In this document: piece by piece, positions 24,518-37,245 of the stretch | How the letters are laid out: each line of letters starts with the position of its first letter | Numbering within the stretch: the stretch's first letter is position 1 | Assembly (NCBI GenBank): GCA_964016885.1 | Contig: OZ024742.1 | Span: 293,942,001 to 294,006,000, forward strand | DNA: 64,000 nt | Reading direction: 5' to 3' | Origin: Eledone cirrhosa | Taxonomy: Eukaryota | Notes under the pieces: generated by a model | The model's input: the letters and a program-made list of their open reading frames with translations, nothing else | Told to the model about the DNA's origin: nothing | Database searches by the model: none | Program-made: the position numbers and the translations under genes

Positions 24518-25326
24518 CTAGCAGAATGGCCCGGCGTTGCTCGGGATATTCTAAACATAGATTGGCATGTTTATCCCTCCTTTCTGAAACAGTACAGAGA
24601 AGTACGGAAAACCTCGGCCTGGGGATGGTGTCTACATTTTGTGCTTATAAAAAAAAATTGTCGTAGATTACCAGGGGTTTAACTTAATTGGGTGCCTGAG
24701 AGTAAAATGTTCAACCCACGAAAGCCAAGACGATAGGGTTAAGTAAAAAGGCATTCGACAAACTGAACATGTATTTGTTGTGCCATGGTACAATGAAAGC
24801 AATAGTTACAGAGCAGTAAGCATGTGGGACTGCAGTGGTGGAGAGCATGAAGGAATTTAGTTGGATACTTTTAAGGTTACAGGCCCTAACGCAACTAAAA
24901 TGCTAAACAATGCGGTCCCTGGGCAAAAATTTGAAATCTTTTTCAGTCAAGAAAATGTGTGAAACATAAATAATGCATATGCAAATTTTTAAAGAAATCG
25001 GTTGGGTAATTCTCGAATTACAGGCCCTAACGCAACCAAAATGCTTCAAATAATCAGATTTTCGCCTAATGCGGTCCCTGGGGCAAAAAATGAGAAAATC
25101 TTTTTTGCTCAAAATACTTTAAACGACATAAGTAATGCAAATTTTGAAGAAATCGCCTGGATTATTGTTGCGTTATGCCTCATAAAAACCTTTAAAGCCT
25201 AAAATATGCTCAAAATACTCACACGACCATAAGTATTACATGTGTAAAGTTTGAAAAAGATTGGTTAGGTGGTTCTTGAGTTTTAGGGGGACAGACAGAG
25301 ACATTCTCTGTTTTAGATATATAGAT
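24518..25326 (-). mobile_element. Non-autonomous Helitron
   Basis: Minus strand starts TCTATATATCTAAAAC and ends cccgagcaacgccgggccattctgCTAG. Confidence 0.82.
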
Positions 25327-25359
25327 TATATATTAGTGTACAGATATTTGTGCATACAC

Positions 25360-26449
25360 AATAACAAAATATAAACAAACGTATTTATTTCACGAGGCTC
25401 GACAGCAGCAAAAACAACAACAAAAGGGAGAGGGAACGCAATTACATGCTTTTGAATAATCTTAATGGAAAATTATTTGCCTATTCACCCAAGGCGACTT
25501 CACTTTTTATTAGGACTTCTGCATCAATTGGTGAACATACGACGAAACTGTTTCAGAACGGAGGGATAAAGATGCCAATCTATGTTTAGAATTTACACAT
25601 GTAATACTTATGGTCGTGTGGGTGTTTTGAGCAAAAAATATTTCAAATTTTCAATGTCCTAGGGACCGCATTAGGCCCCATTAGCGATCTCTCTATCTTT
25701 TTTAGTCTGTCTTTTTAGATAGATACATAGCTATAACGTCGCGCCCTTATAATATATGTCTGTATGTTTGGCTGTCTGCATTACGACATTATGACAAATA
25801 TTGTTCTCCTTGCTGACGTATTATCTTCGCTATTTTCCAGTCATTGCCAGGAAACGTCTTCACGAACCAAAGTATCGTCTTTCTGTCTTCCTTCGGCTGC
25901 AACATTTTTCGAAATATTTACTTCTGCGTTCACAGATTGATTTTTTTAGTTTCAGAAGATCCCGTTAAGGGTGAAAGCAGCGATTCTTTGCTTAAACTTT
26001 AATCTATTTTAATATATGTTTTTCACACAGGCAACTATACGTTGGCTGCTCAAGAGTGGGAAGACAAATCTCTTTGCATATGCCCGACACGGAAGAACAA
26101 GGAACATTGTGTACATTGTGTACAAGGAGGTGCTACAATCATTTTTTAGGTAAACAAGGCAGAAGGGGATATACACGATTGGCTGAAGAAGGACTAGACT
26201 GTTTTAGTAGTACGACCAACGGCTGCTATCACACCAACAGCTGCAAAAACAACAACAAAAAAGAGAGGGAACGCAATTACATGCTTTTGAAAAATCTTAA
26301 TGGAAAATGATTTGCCTATTCACCCAAGACGACTTTTTATTAGGACTTCTGCATCCATTGGTAAACATATGATGAAACTGTTTCAGAAAGGAGGGATAAA
26401 CATACCAATCTTTGTTTAGAATCCCGAGCAACGCCGGCCATTCTGTTAG
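25360..26449 (+). mobile_element. Mosaic non-autonomous Helitron sequence
   Basis: Ends cccgagcaacgccggccattctgttag|t. 25403-25592 is duplicated at 26242-26422; modules are shared with 24445-24600, 32205-32260 and 37040-37225. Confidence 0.7.
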
Positions 26450-27239
26450 TATATATCTAAACTATAATAAAGGAAGGTCTGCTGTACTGCGTACAGTTTA
26501 TTTCTTTTAATCCAGTTAGTAAAATAAGTTGGATTACTTTGAATAAATAATGAATGAATATTACATAATTTATGTGCTAAATTTCGTAAACATAAACAAT
26601 TTCGTAAAAATAAATAATTTAAAATTGACCTCTTTTCAAAGCTGCACTTCCGGTATATCGTCGCCACCACCGCCACTTCAACTACCATATATATAGAAAG
26701 AGAGAGTGTGTGATGAGAGAGATAGAGAGATTATGATTTTCTACACGCTGACGCGTAGGAGTGTGCACATACATACATCTATATGTATGAGTATATAACT
26801 ATTATGAGTATATAACTATAATCGCGCAAACTGAAACTTATAAAAATACACGGACATAATTCACACAAATACATACATTCACACATACTTTCACACAAAC
26901 ATACATACAGTGACACATACATTTATACAAACACACACATAGTCATGATAGCAGCGTTTGATGAAATTGGAAATGGGAGGGTAAAACAAGTATAATGTTT
27001 TATTTATTTATTTATTAACTCTTTTTTTTAAACTCATTTAATATAATGGTTACAGAATGAAAACAATAGCAAATATAATATATACAAAGGAAAGGGAAAG
27101 GAAAAATAGAAAGGGAAAAAATACACAAGCAGGTAATACCCATCTTAGGCCACAGAACAATATGCAGGCGAAAGAGTGGCAAAACGAGCCGCTACCAGAG
27201 CAAAAGATAGCAATTAGCGAGGAGCACTAGGAAACCTCT

Positions 27240-27690
27240 CTAATAATTTTTGAGGCAAGCCAGCACACTCACAGCGTTACCTGGGGTGATGGCGAAGCTG
27301 AGGTGCTGGAACAACCAAGTGCCCTTATGAACATCACCAGTTACCTCTGTTTGGTGAGCCACCAGTGACAATAAGAATCCCGCTGTCGGTAGCCCGACTC
27401 CCCCAAATGTCTCGAACGCCACAGGCTGGATAATGTAGTTAGCTGACAGAACACGGTCTTTTAGGATGTTGTTCCGTTCAGCTGTGAATGGTGTAGCTCT
27501 CACCCTTACCGCTGCATCCAGAATGTGGGAAGAAGCAAAAGAGTCACTAACTGTGACGTCCAAGGTAAGGCACCTGCCTCTTGACCAGGAGCACAGAGTA
27601 AGACCATCAAGTCTTTTCCCATCAATTCAGGACAACCCAGATGGTTCCAAAATTGAGGGGATGTTTGCCCGGGCCAAAGCTCTTGAGTGG
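27240..27690 (-). mobile_element. CRE-clade LINE 3' remnant (REL endonuclease)
   Basis: RPDGLTL.SW..GRCL.LDVT, PVAFETFGG, WLFQHLSFAI..GNA. Confidence 0.78.
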
Positions 27691-27859
27691 TAATAGGACA
27701 GTGTATGTGCACGCGCGTGAGTTTGTCGGCATTCTTAAATTAGAGACACGGGTGAGTATGTCACTGTTTTTAAGTTAGACATATATATGTGTGTATCCCT
27801 TTCCTTCCTTTTACACACACATACATTCACACATACACATTGTGTGATGGACGGGTGAA

Positions 27860-28290
27860 CAGAAGTCCCTCAAATTTATATACATGTGAATGGAGTTCTA
27901 CTGAAGCAGTTAGAGAAGTTTAAGTATCTTGGAGCCGTGTTCATGAGTGATGGAATGCAGGAGGCTGAATTAAGTGCAAGAATTTCAAAAGCTGATGCAG
28001 TAATGCGCCAGCCTCAGCAATCAGATGAAGGGGAGGGTAGGTGTAAAGGCCAAACTCGCTGTCTTCTTGGTATTCCTGCCAACTCTTACCAAGGATCATG
28101 AATCTTGAGTAATGACTAAAAGAATACAATTGCAAATAAAAGTGGAGAAATGGGTCTTTGGAGTAACGTTACTCAATAAAGTGCATCTCAGAGACCAGAG
28201 AGTCACTCCTGGTAGAGCCGCTACTTCTCCGAATTGAGAGATCACAACTCCAATATTATGAGCATGTGGTTAGAATGTCTCAGTAAAGAA
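27860..28290 (+). mobile_element. Decayed RTE (Expander/Rex3-like) LINE fragment
   Basis: LKQLEKFKYLGAVFMSDG..EAELSARISKADAVMRQ. Confidence 0.65.
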
Positions 28291-28611
28291 TCACTGGACA
28301 CATAATAAATAATTATTGTGGGTAAAGTGGTAGGTAAAATAATAATATTGGGTAAAATTGTGGGTAAAGGTAAAGTGGTGAGTGAAATCAAGAAAGGGAG
28401 AAAGAGGGTAGGAAGTGGAGTAAAGGGGGGTAGGGAAAGAATGGGTTGGAAGAGGCAGAAGTGGATTAAGTGGAGGAAAAACATCAAGGGAAGGAAGGAT
28501 GGAAAATAGGGGGGAAGACAGCAGGTTAAAGAAATAGGGAAATAGAGGTTAAAAAATGGGGTAAAGAGCGATACGAAGTGTGAAAGTGTGGGAAAGAGGC
28601 GGAAAAGGGTG

Positions 28612-31358
28612 TATAGCGAGATTACTGGTTGTATGAATGTAACAAAACGAGACAATGTTTGTGTATATAATATTTAATTAACGGTAGATAGAATACTTGA
28701 CATGTCAAAGATAAATGTTAGAATGAAACAAAGTTAGTAGTTACCGTTTTGATTGCCAGGCAAACGCGGCTGGCAGAGGGCGCCTGGCTAAGGCCAGGCG
28801 CCTGTTGGCCAAATTAATGGCAGAGCCAAATGAGAAGACTCTTGACCTGGTGCCGAAAAGGCAAAGAGAGAGAGGAAGCCCAAAGTTGTTAGTTTTATAG
28901 GGCTCTGACCGGAAGTTGCAGAAAGGGTTCCACTTCCCGTCTAGATCCTAATCAAAACAAGGGAGACAACCGCTACATAACCTCCCGCCAGAATTTTAGT
29001 GTATAAAAATCGAAATGAAAATATGTAGCAAGTTGGCGAGAATGTTGTAACAGGCATGAAAATTACGACAAAAGAATGTTTGGAAAAATCAATGATAGAT
29101 ATCAAGGTAGCCAACCGCTCTTGGCCAGAGAACGACTGGACATCCATCTATCCATCACCCAAAGATACAATGTAATAAAGTAAAAGTAATAGAAGAGCTC
29201 AAAGTTCAAAATATAGTTCACAGGTGTGCAATCACATGACAGCTGGAAAGAAAGTGTGTTCCAGAGAATGAATGCAGGTGGTTTCTGTTCTGTGGTACAT
29301 CGTGAAATTTCCAACCTCCGAATGGATTTTCTCACAGGAAGAGTGCTGCAAAAATGAATTCTCTGGCTTTGGTGAAGCTGTATTGATGTATTGCTGTTGC
29401 TGCTGCTGTTGTCTCGCTGAGTGAGCGTATTCGGTGTTTAAATTCACAGTAAAAAATTTTTTTTTTAGAAAAAAATGAGTTGCGCAAAGTGCTAGAAATA
29501 GCAGCCGAAGTTGATGGTCGATGTTGAGAATGCGTTGATCTGGAAGGGTCCAGAGGCCAGCGACCAGAGAAATAAGCATTCTTAATAAATGCGCGGTTAT
29601 CAACGGTAAATTTACATTGTAAACTTATAAACCGGCAAATAGAAGAATATAGCTTAAGGCTGAAGAATCCTTGGGGGAGAAATGCTATCTCTGGCGTGCG
29701 GCTGTCTGTGAGTAAGAGACATCTCAGTGAATCGAGAATTTATGCTGCCTACACGTGCCAATACAAGGTTGAAAAAAAATATTTCTAACGCGCGAGAAAA
29801 TGATAGTGCAATTTTGAAAGTGACCATGATGAAAAAGAAAGGCTTCAATCAGCATAATTATAGGTGTGAACTTTGGAAAAAAACAAAAAACTAGAACTTT
29901 TTTTTTTTTTTTTTGTGTTTTGAAAGAGTTCGTTGTAAGAAACGAGAAACATATATATATATATATCGTGAAATGTTTTCTTTTGTTTTGAAAGTGTTCG
30001 TTGTAAGAAACGAGAAACATATATATATATATTGGTGAAATGCGACAGTTAATTGATGCGTGAGAGAAAAAGTATGTCTGTGCGAATTCCACATGTGCGT
30101 GTGTGCGTGTCCTTGAGTATTTTCATAGTTTGTCGCTAAATTTGCTGTGTATTCGTAATGTTACTCACAAAACCAGATGTGCTATTTTTTTCTTTTTTTG
30201 GGGGTGACCACTTATAGCGATGAACGGCTGCGTGTTCGTATCACGTCAGGGTTACCAATATAGCGATATTACTGGTTGTATGAATGTAACAAAACGAGAC
30301 AATGTTTGTGTATATAATATTTAATTAACGGTAGATAGAATACTTGACATGTCAAAGATAGATGTTAGAATGAAACAAAGTTAGTAGTTACCGTTTTGAT
30401 TGCCAGGCAAACGCGGCTGGCAGAGGGCGCCTGGCCTTAGCCAGGCGCCTGTTGGCCAAATTAATGGCAGAGCCAAATGAGAAGACTCTTGACCTGGTGC
30501 CGAAAAGGCAAAGAGAGAGAGGAAGCCCAAAGTTGTTAGTTTTATAGGGCTCTGACCGGAAGTTGCAGAAAGGGTTCCACTTCCCGTCTAGATCCTAATC
30601 AAAACAAGGGAGACAACCGCTACATAACCTCCCGCCAGAATTTTAGTGTATAAAAATCGAAATGAAAATATGTAGCAAGTTGGCGAGAATGTTGTAACAG
30701 GCATGAAAATTACGACAAAAGAATGTTTGGAAAAATCAATGATAGATATCAAGGTAGCCAACCGATTGGTGAAATGCGACAGTTAATTGATGCGTGAGAG
30801 AAAAAGTATGTCTGTGCGAATTCCACATGTGCGTGTGTGCGTGTCCTTGAGTATTTTCATAGTTTGTCGCTAAATTTGCTGTGTATTCGTAATGTTACTC
30901 ACAAAACCAGATGTGCTATTTTTTTCTTTTTTTGGGGGTGACCACTTATAGCGATGAACGGCTGCGTGTTCGTATCACGTCAGGGTTACCAATATAGCGA
31001 TATTACTGGTTGTATGAATGTAACAAAACGAGACAATGTTTGTGTATATAATATTTAATTAACGGTAGATAGAATACTTGACATGTCAAAGATAGATGTT
31101 AGAATGAAACAAAGTTAGTAGTTACCGTTTTGATTGCCAGGCAAACGCGGCTGGCAGAGGGCGCCTGGCCTTAGCCAGGCGCCTGTTGGCCAAATTAATG
31201 GCAGAGCCAAATGAGAAGACTCTTGACCTGGTGCCGAAAAGGCAAAGAGAGAGAGGAAGCCCAAAGTTGTTAGTTTTATAGGGCTCTGACCGGAAGTTGC
31301 AGAAAGGGTTCCACTTCCCGTCTAGATCCTAATCAAAACAAGGGAGACAACCGCTACA
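28612..31358 (-). mobile_element. Non-coding LTR retroelement with three tandem 366-bp LTRs (TRIM-like tandem array)
   Basis: LTRs at 28612-28977, 30259-30624 and 30993-31358 (minus strand TGTAGCG...CGCTATA). PBS TGGTAACCCTGACGTGAT follows the two upstream LTRs; purine tract ggcgggagg precedes the two downstream LTRs. 4-bp TSD GGTG at 28608-28611 and 31359-31362. Confidence 0.9.
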
Positions 31359-32444
31359 GGTGTAATGAGGGATAATCAACACCACGAGGTCAACCACAAG
31401 ACAATGAGGTCATGTAAAGTGATATGTGTTTTTTTCACAAGGAATTTGAAGCAATATATACCAAGTAACCAAGTAACTTCAATAGCTCTTCATCATCGAC
31501 TCCGGGAGAAACTCTAGGACCAACCATCAATAAACACCCTAGTGGTCGGTAAATATGATCAACTGTCCTGTATGTCTATTATCAGATCTCCAGTCAGATT
31601 CTTAATCGAACACAGAAGTAGAAGTCAGTGTCACTATATATATATATACACACTATATATATATATATAACTGCAAACGACCTCCGTTATAGAGAGAGGA
31701 GTCAGTGGCAGCTGCCAATGATTCTACAATCAAAGCTTACAGACACCGTACTCTCTCCCTCCACAGAGGCTCACAGTAATATACATGGACATTCACCGTC
31801 GCTAATGCCCATCAGCCTATCATTAGAGCAGACTTCCTTCAGGCTCACTGGTCGATAATCAGGGGAGACGACTTGTTATATATAATAAAGTACCAGTAAT
31901 GTACTGAGATAATTACTGGCCTTGTACCAAACGTCAAAACAATTATACTTCTTTTTTATACACCTGTAAATAACATGTTTATGATGTATATATAAAGGAA
32001 TGCTGTAATAAAATGTACAAATTAAACTGTCTCTTATTTATGATACTAACACTATATATATATATACACACTATATATATATATATACACACTCTATATA
32101 ATCACACACTATATATACATATATACACACACACAGATAGCGAAGTCAATGTACAGAATGGTTTTCATAATGCAGACAGCCAGACATACAGAGACATATT
32201 ATAAGGGTGCGACGTTATAGCTATGTATCTGTCTAAAAAAGACAGACTAAGAAAGAGAGAGGAATGTCGTATAACCGGAAGTGTTGACATTTGAATATTT
32301 AAATAATATCTTTAATCTTTTAACAAAATTTAGTAGACAAAAATACCCCCACTTTCTTACTTGGAAAAAGTTACATCTATGGTGCAAATTTGGTGCCGTT
32401 TGGCGACAAGTTTGTTACATACATACGGCCATCAGCTTTATTAG

Positions 32445-32500
<56 letters not shown>

Positions 32501-32778
32501 AGAAAAACCACAGACCCTCCATCTCCATTCTACTTTTGAAAAGCAGAAGAACTGCGAAACTGGTAAAGGAACCAAATAAATATTTTTTTTTTTTTAAAAA
32601 GACTCCAGTTGCATTTTCGATTTCATCTTTTTTCCTTATACTTTCACTCATGTAGGACACCTCGGTTATTTTTCATTTTGTAAAAAAAACCTCACAGTCT
32701 AATATATATATATATATATATATGTCCCACCCTTGCAAGCAGGGAAAAAGCGGACGTAAAATGAAATGATGATGATGA

Positions 32779-32830
<52 letters not shown>

Positions 32831-32838
<8 letters not shown>

Positions 32839-33380
32839 ATACTTTGGGAGCGTCATGTTGCCAATAAGAAACACACACACCAGTTGCTTTCACTTCAATT
32901 TATTATAATAAATTTATAAATTTCCGGTTGGTTGGTTCCGCAACCAGATGATTGTCAAAGTTCTTTCGTCACACCAGTAACATGTAAATAAACAAATAAA
33001 TAAACAAATATAAACACACACAGACACCCGGATGTAACACATGCGCAAACTAAGCACACAACACACACAAAAACAAGATGGCGTAGGACAGAACAAAGGA
33101 GAAGCACAAAAACAAAGAAAAGAATCCCCAGTCACTGAAGAGGTCACAGAATGTGTGACGAAAGAACTTTGACAATATATAAACAATCATCTGGTTGCGG
33201 AACCAACCAACCAACCGGAAATTTATAAATTCCTAAATTTATAAATTTATTATAATAAATTGAAGTGAAAACAACTGGTGCGTGTGTTTCTTATTGGCAA
33301 CATGACCCTCCCAAAGTATAACAATATCGGTTTCAACACACGTTTTCAGATAAAGAATCTTGCTAAACAAATTCAGAAAC
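32831..33380 (+). mobile_element. Penelope-like remnant: inverted partial pLTR plus forward pLTR, within (TA)n
   Basis: 32831-32974 is the reverse complement of 33153-33327 with small indels; the forward copy contains a hammerhead core. Confidence 0.7.
33131..33173 (+). ncRNA. Putative minimal type-I hammerhead ribozyme
   Basis: GTCA-CTGAAGA-g-GTCACA gaatg TGTGAC-GAAA-gaac-TT-TGAC: 4-bp stem I, 6-bp stem II, vestigial stem III. Confidence 0.65.
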
Positions 33381-33424
33381 GATATATATATATATATATA
33401 TACATGTGTATATATACATGTGTG

Positions 33425-33780
33425 TCATCATCATCATCATCATCACCGTTTTACGTCCGTTCTTCCATGCTAGCATGGGTTAGATGGGTTGTCCTGTTGT
33501 GGGCAGTGTCTGGTCGGCTGACCATGCCTTGCTCATACAGGAACTGATTTTGGCTTGATTTCTACAGCTGGATGCCCTTCCTAACACCAACCTCATTTAC
33601 AGTGAGTGCTGGGTGCTTTTTTCCGTGGCGCCTACACGTCCACTTTACAGTGTGGGCTGGGTGCTTTTTTGCCGTGGCACCTCCACGACCACTTTGCAGT
33701 GGGAGGGTGTGGGGGCATATTGTCTATATGCTTCAGCTTGTACCCATGGGAGGTCGGGTACTCTGTATTACTGCGTGACG
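33425..33780 (-). mobile_element. RTE-tailed SINE
   Basis: (cat)n tail, ttccatgctagcatggg, ctacagctggatgcccttcctaacacc and internal ~43-bp repeats. Confidence 0.75.
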
Positions 33781-33786
33781 CCAGAG

Positions 33787-33827
<41 letters not shown>

Positions 33828-33830
<3 letters not shown>

Positions 33831-36338
33831 TGAGTCCTCGCTCGATATACGGTATATATGCATTCCTGAAAGCCTTACCGTATATCGAATTACCGTATAA
33901 AGAACCCATTATAATATGAAATAGGTAGGGATGCGTTCCAGCACATTGAAAAAGTCATCCCTACAGAAAAGAAATAATGTTTTATTTTATTTACTGTACC
34001 TTACATATGCCGCGTAGTCCATCAGATGATGTGCCTCTTCATTTGTCCCTCCCGAGGCTAAGGGACAGTATGGGTTTCAGCCCTTACTCATCTTGGGCTG
34101 AGTTGGCAGGGGAGGATGAGGGTGATGTGGGAGGCTCAAAACCAACAAACTCGTTGACTGCAGTGGATGTTGAAGGGCCAGCTGTAGCACAGTTGGCAGG
34201 TGTGACTGGCTTGAAGAAAGAGTAGATGGAGGACTGTTTAGCGGTGTTTCTTTTGACTTCATACATTTCTTGGTAAATCTTGACACTTTTCTCAACGTCT
34301 TAAGCCACTTTGCTGCTCCTAGAAGGGTTGGGGTCACGCTCCTTCAGAGTTTCTAAGATTGTTCCGATACTTCCGAGACATTATCTTAGAGTTTTATGTC
34401 CAAGCCACGCACAGGTTCTTCTTCCTCCTCTTCTTCTTTTTCTGTCTCCTGTATCGCCTTGTCTAGTTCTCTGAGTTCATCATTGGAGAGTGGTTCAGTG
34501 TGGCTTTCCAAAAGGTCTTGCACATCATCATCATTAACACCATCGAAGCCAGCTCTATGGCAGAGATTTACAATATCTTTTTTTATTGCACCAATGTCCT
34601 CAGCAAAGCCTTGGAGTCATTCACATATGTTGGCCATAATTTCTTCCAAGCCAAGTTCATGGTAGACTGCTTCACTTCTTCCCAATATGCCTTGATGTTG
34701 TCTAAGCCGTGCTTGATGTTGTACAATTTCCACCATTCCTTGATCGTGGGCTTGTCAGGCCCATCTGTGCCCTTTATCAGCTGCTGCATGGTTCTCCGCT
34801 GGTAGTATGCCTTAAATGCTTTGATGATTGTTTGATCCATTGGCTGAATGAGAGCTGTGGTGTTTGGGGGGGGGGGGACAAAATGTCAATATTTTCTGAC
34901 CAGTCTTCCATTGCCCGTGGGTGGCTGGGGGCGTTGTCCACTAATAGCAGAAAATGGTTGGCAATGTTGTTAGCTAATGCATATTCCTTAAGGGTTGGTG
35001 ACAGATATGAGGTGAAAAAATCCTGGTGAATTGAAGTGATCAGCCATGCCTTCTTATTAGACTTCCATATCACTGGTAGGTATTGCTTAAGTAACCCCTT
35101 GAGTGCTCTGGGAGTTTCAGAATGGTAGATAATGAGTGACTTTAGCTTTAAATCTCCTTCTGCATTCCCTCCAAGTAACAGAGTAACGCGGTCCTTTGAG
35201 GCTTTGAACCCCTTCGCACTTTTCTCCTCCTTGTCAATATAAGTATTACTGGTCATCTTTTTACAATAAAGTCCTGTTTCATCATAATTATTAACCTGTT
35301 TTTTGCTGTACCCCTTCTCTGCAATGCATTTCTCTAACTCTGCCTTGAATTTTTCAGCACTTTCTTTGTCGGAACTGGCAGCCTCACCTGTAACTTTTAT
35401 GTTGTGAAGACTCAAACGTCGTTTGAACTTATCAAACCAGCCTTTGCTTGCCTTGAATACAAAGTCCTCCACCCCCATTTCAGTCTTGAGCCTGTCAATA
35501 ATGGACAATGCTTTCTCACTGATTACATTTAAAGACAGAGGCATATTTTGATGATTTTGGTCGTCAATCCAAATTTTGAGCAACCTTTCCATCCTATCCA
35601 TAATCGGCTCACGATGTTTGGTCAACAGTTTACTCTGTAGACTCGTAGCATTCTCCCCAGCTTTTTTGACAGCCTCACTATTTTTTAAAACAGTCCAGAC
35701 TGTAGACTGGGCTAGGCCTAAGTAACGACTTATGGCAGACGTACCTTGCCCCTGTTCCTTCCTTTTCAAAATGTCCAGCTTTATCTCCAAAGTCAGGCTC
35801 TTCCTCATGCGTTTGGCCTTTCCATCTGCATCAGCAATATTCGCAGGACTTTTGGTGCCATGAGATATGGGGTTATAAGATTTGCCATGATAATTATGCT
35901 CCAAAAACACACCGTCGGGTTTTCTCTTACTTTGAATGACGTCATAACTCTTAACTGATCACTTCAGTTCAGCAAAAATTCTTTCACTGAGAGGACATGC
36001 TAGTTTGACGAACTGAAGTGATCAGTTAAGAGTTATGACGTCATCAACCGATATCTGAACTCGCTCATGATTGGCCAGTTTCTCGGTAAAGTCAGTTAGT
36101 ATGATAGCAGTAGTAACACAATTTTCCCTAGAATTCGAATAGCAGTCAGTTTCCACGAATTCAAGGGGGAATTTATTGCTTACTACAGGTGGCGTTATGG
36201 TACAATATAAACAAAACATGACCAAAAACAGTATCTGTGAATTTTTTTTACCGTAAATAGAATTGATGGTAGTAATTACCCAAAACCGTATCTGTGAATT
36301 TACAGGATAAAGAACTACCGTATATCGAGGACGCACTG
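33828..36338 (-). mobile_element. Full-length Tigger/pogo DNA transposon with disrupted transposase
   Basis: TIRs cagtgagtcctcg(ctcg)atatacggta / taccgtatatcgaggacgcactg, TA flanks. ORF 34777-35910 has CENP-B-like HTH, NYDETGL and VDNAPSH; it continues after a frameshift at the G-run (~34870) as MDQTIIKAFKAYY, with further pieces to ~34084. Confidence 0.94.
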
Positions 36339-36395
36339 TATATATATATATACATATATATATACATATATATATATATATGTATATATATATAC

Positions 36396-36426
<31 letters not shown>

Positions 36427-36469
36427 CATCTATATATATGTATCTATATATGCATATATATATAGATAT

Positions 36470-36507
<38 letters not shown>

Positions 36508-36527
36508 ATATATATATATATATAATC

Positions 36528-36595
<68 letters not shown>

Positions 36596-37245
36596 ATATA
36601 TATATATTATATATATATAGAGAGAGAGAGAGAGAGAAAAGGTGAAGTTGGAAATAGCACGGAAAATATATTTTAGGGTCTTTTTTTTTTTCCTTTCTTT
36701 GATTTGTTAAAGTGACATTATTGAAAAAAGGAGATGGACAATTCTTTTAAAAAGTGTTTTATAATGTATATAAAGTATATAAAGTATTACCAGTTTCGAT
36801 GTATTATTAAAATTCAAAAGACCCCCCCTCCCCCCCAAAAGACCCTAAAATATATTTTCTGTGCTATTTCCAACTTCACCTTTTCCCTATAACCACTGTT
36901 TTGTATAGAACCTTACTTCCCTTTTCTAATATATATATCTAAGTAAAATATCAGTGTAATGACTCCATTTATAACATAAATGTGGTTTTGTCTTTGTATG
37001 TAATTGTTCTCATCGCTCCACATAACGACGTAATTATCTTCACTTTTTTCCGTTCATTGCCAGGGAACGTCTTCACGAACCAAAGTATCATCCTCCTGTT
37101 TTCCTTCGGTTACAATGTTTTTTCGAAATGTTTACTTCTGCATCCACAGATGGATTTTTTTTAGTTTCAGAAGAACCTGTTAAGGGTGAAAGCAGTGATT
37201 CTTTGCTTAAACTTTAATCTGTTATTTTAATAATAAATATATATA

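Noticed and set aside
28300-28610. Purine/G-rich tract with ORFs on both strands
   Set aside because: Low-complexity sequence without a consistent unit.
29102-29848. ORFs in the LTR element internal region as gag remnants
   Set aside because: No gag, protease or RT motifs are visible; they are short and partly simple-repeat derived.
31400-31880. Minus-strand atgatgaagagc..gcttcaaa and gcctgaaggaagtc as decayed hammerheads
   Set aside because: Core nucleotides are mismatched and stems cannot be completed.
36022-36676. ORFs rich in YI/IY, also at 5766, 6060, 23783, 32692, 54010 and 61668
   Set aside because: They are translations of (TA)n or other simple repeats.
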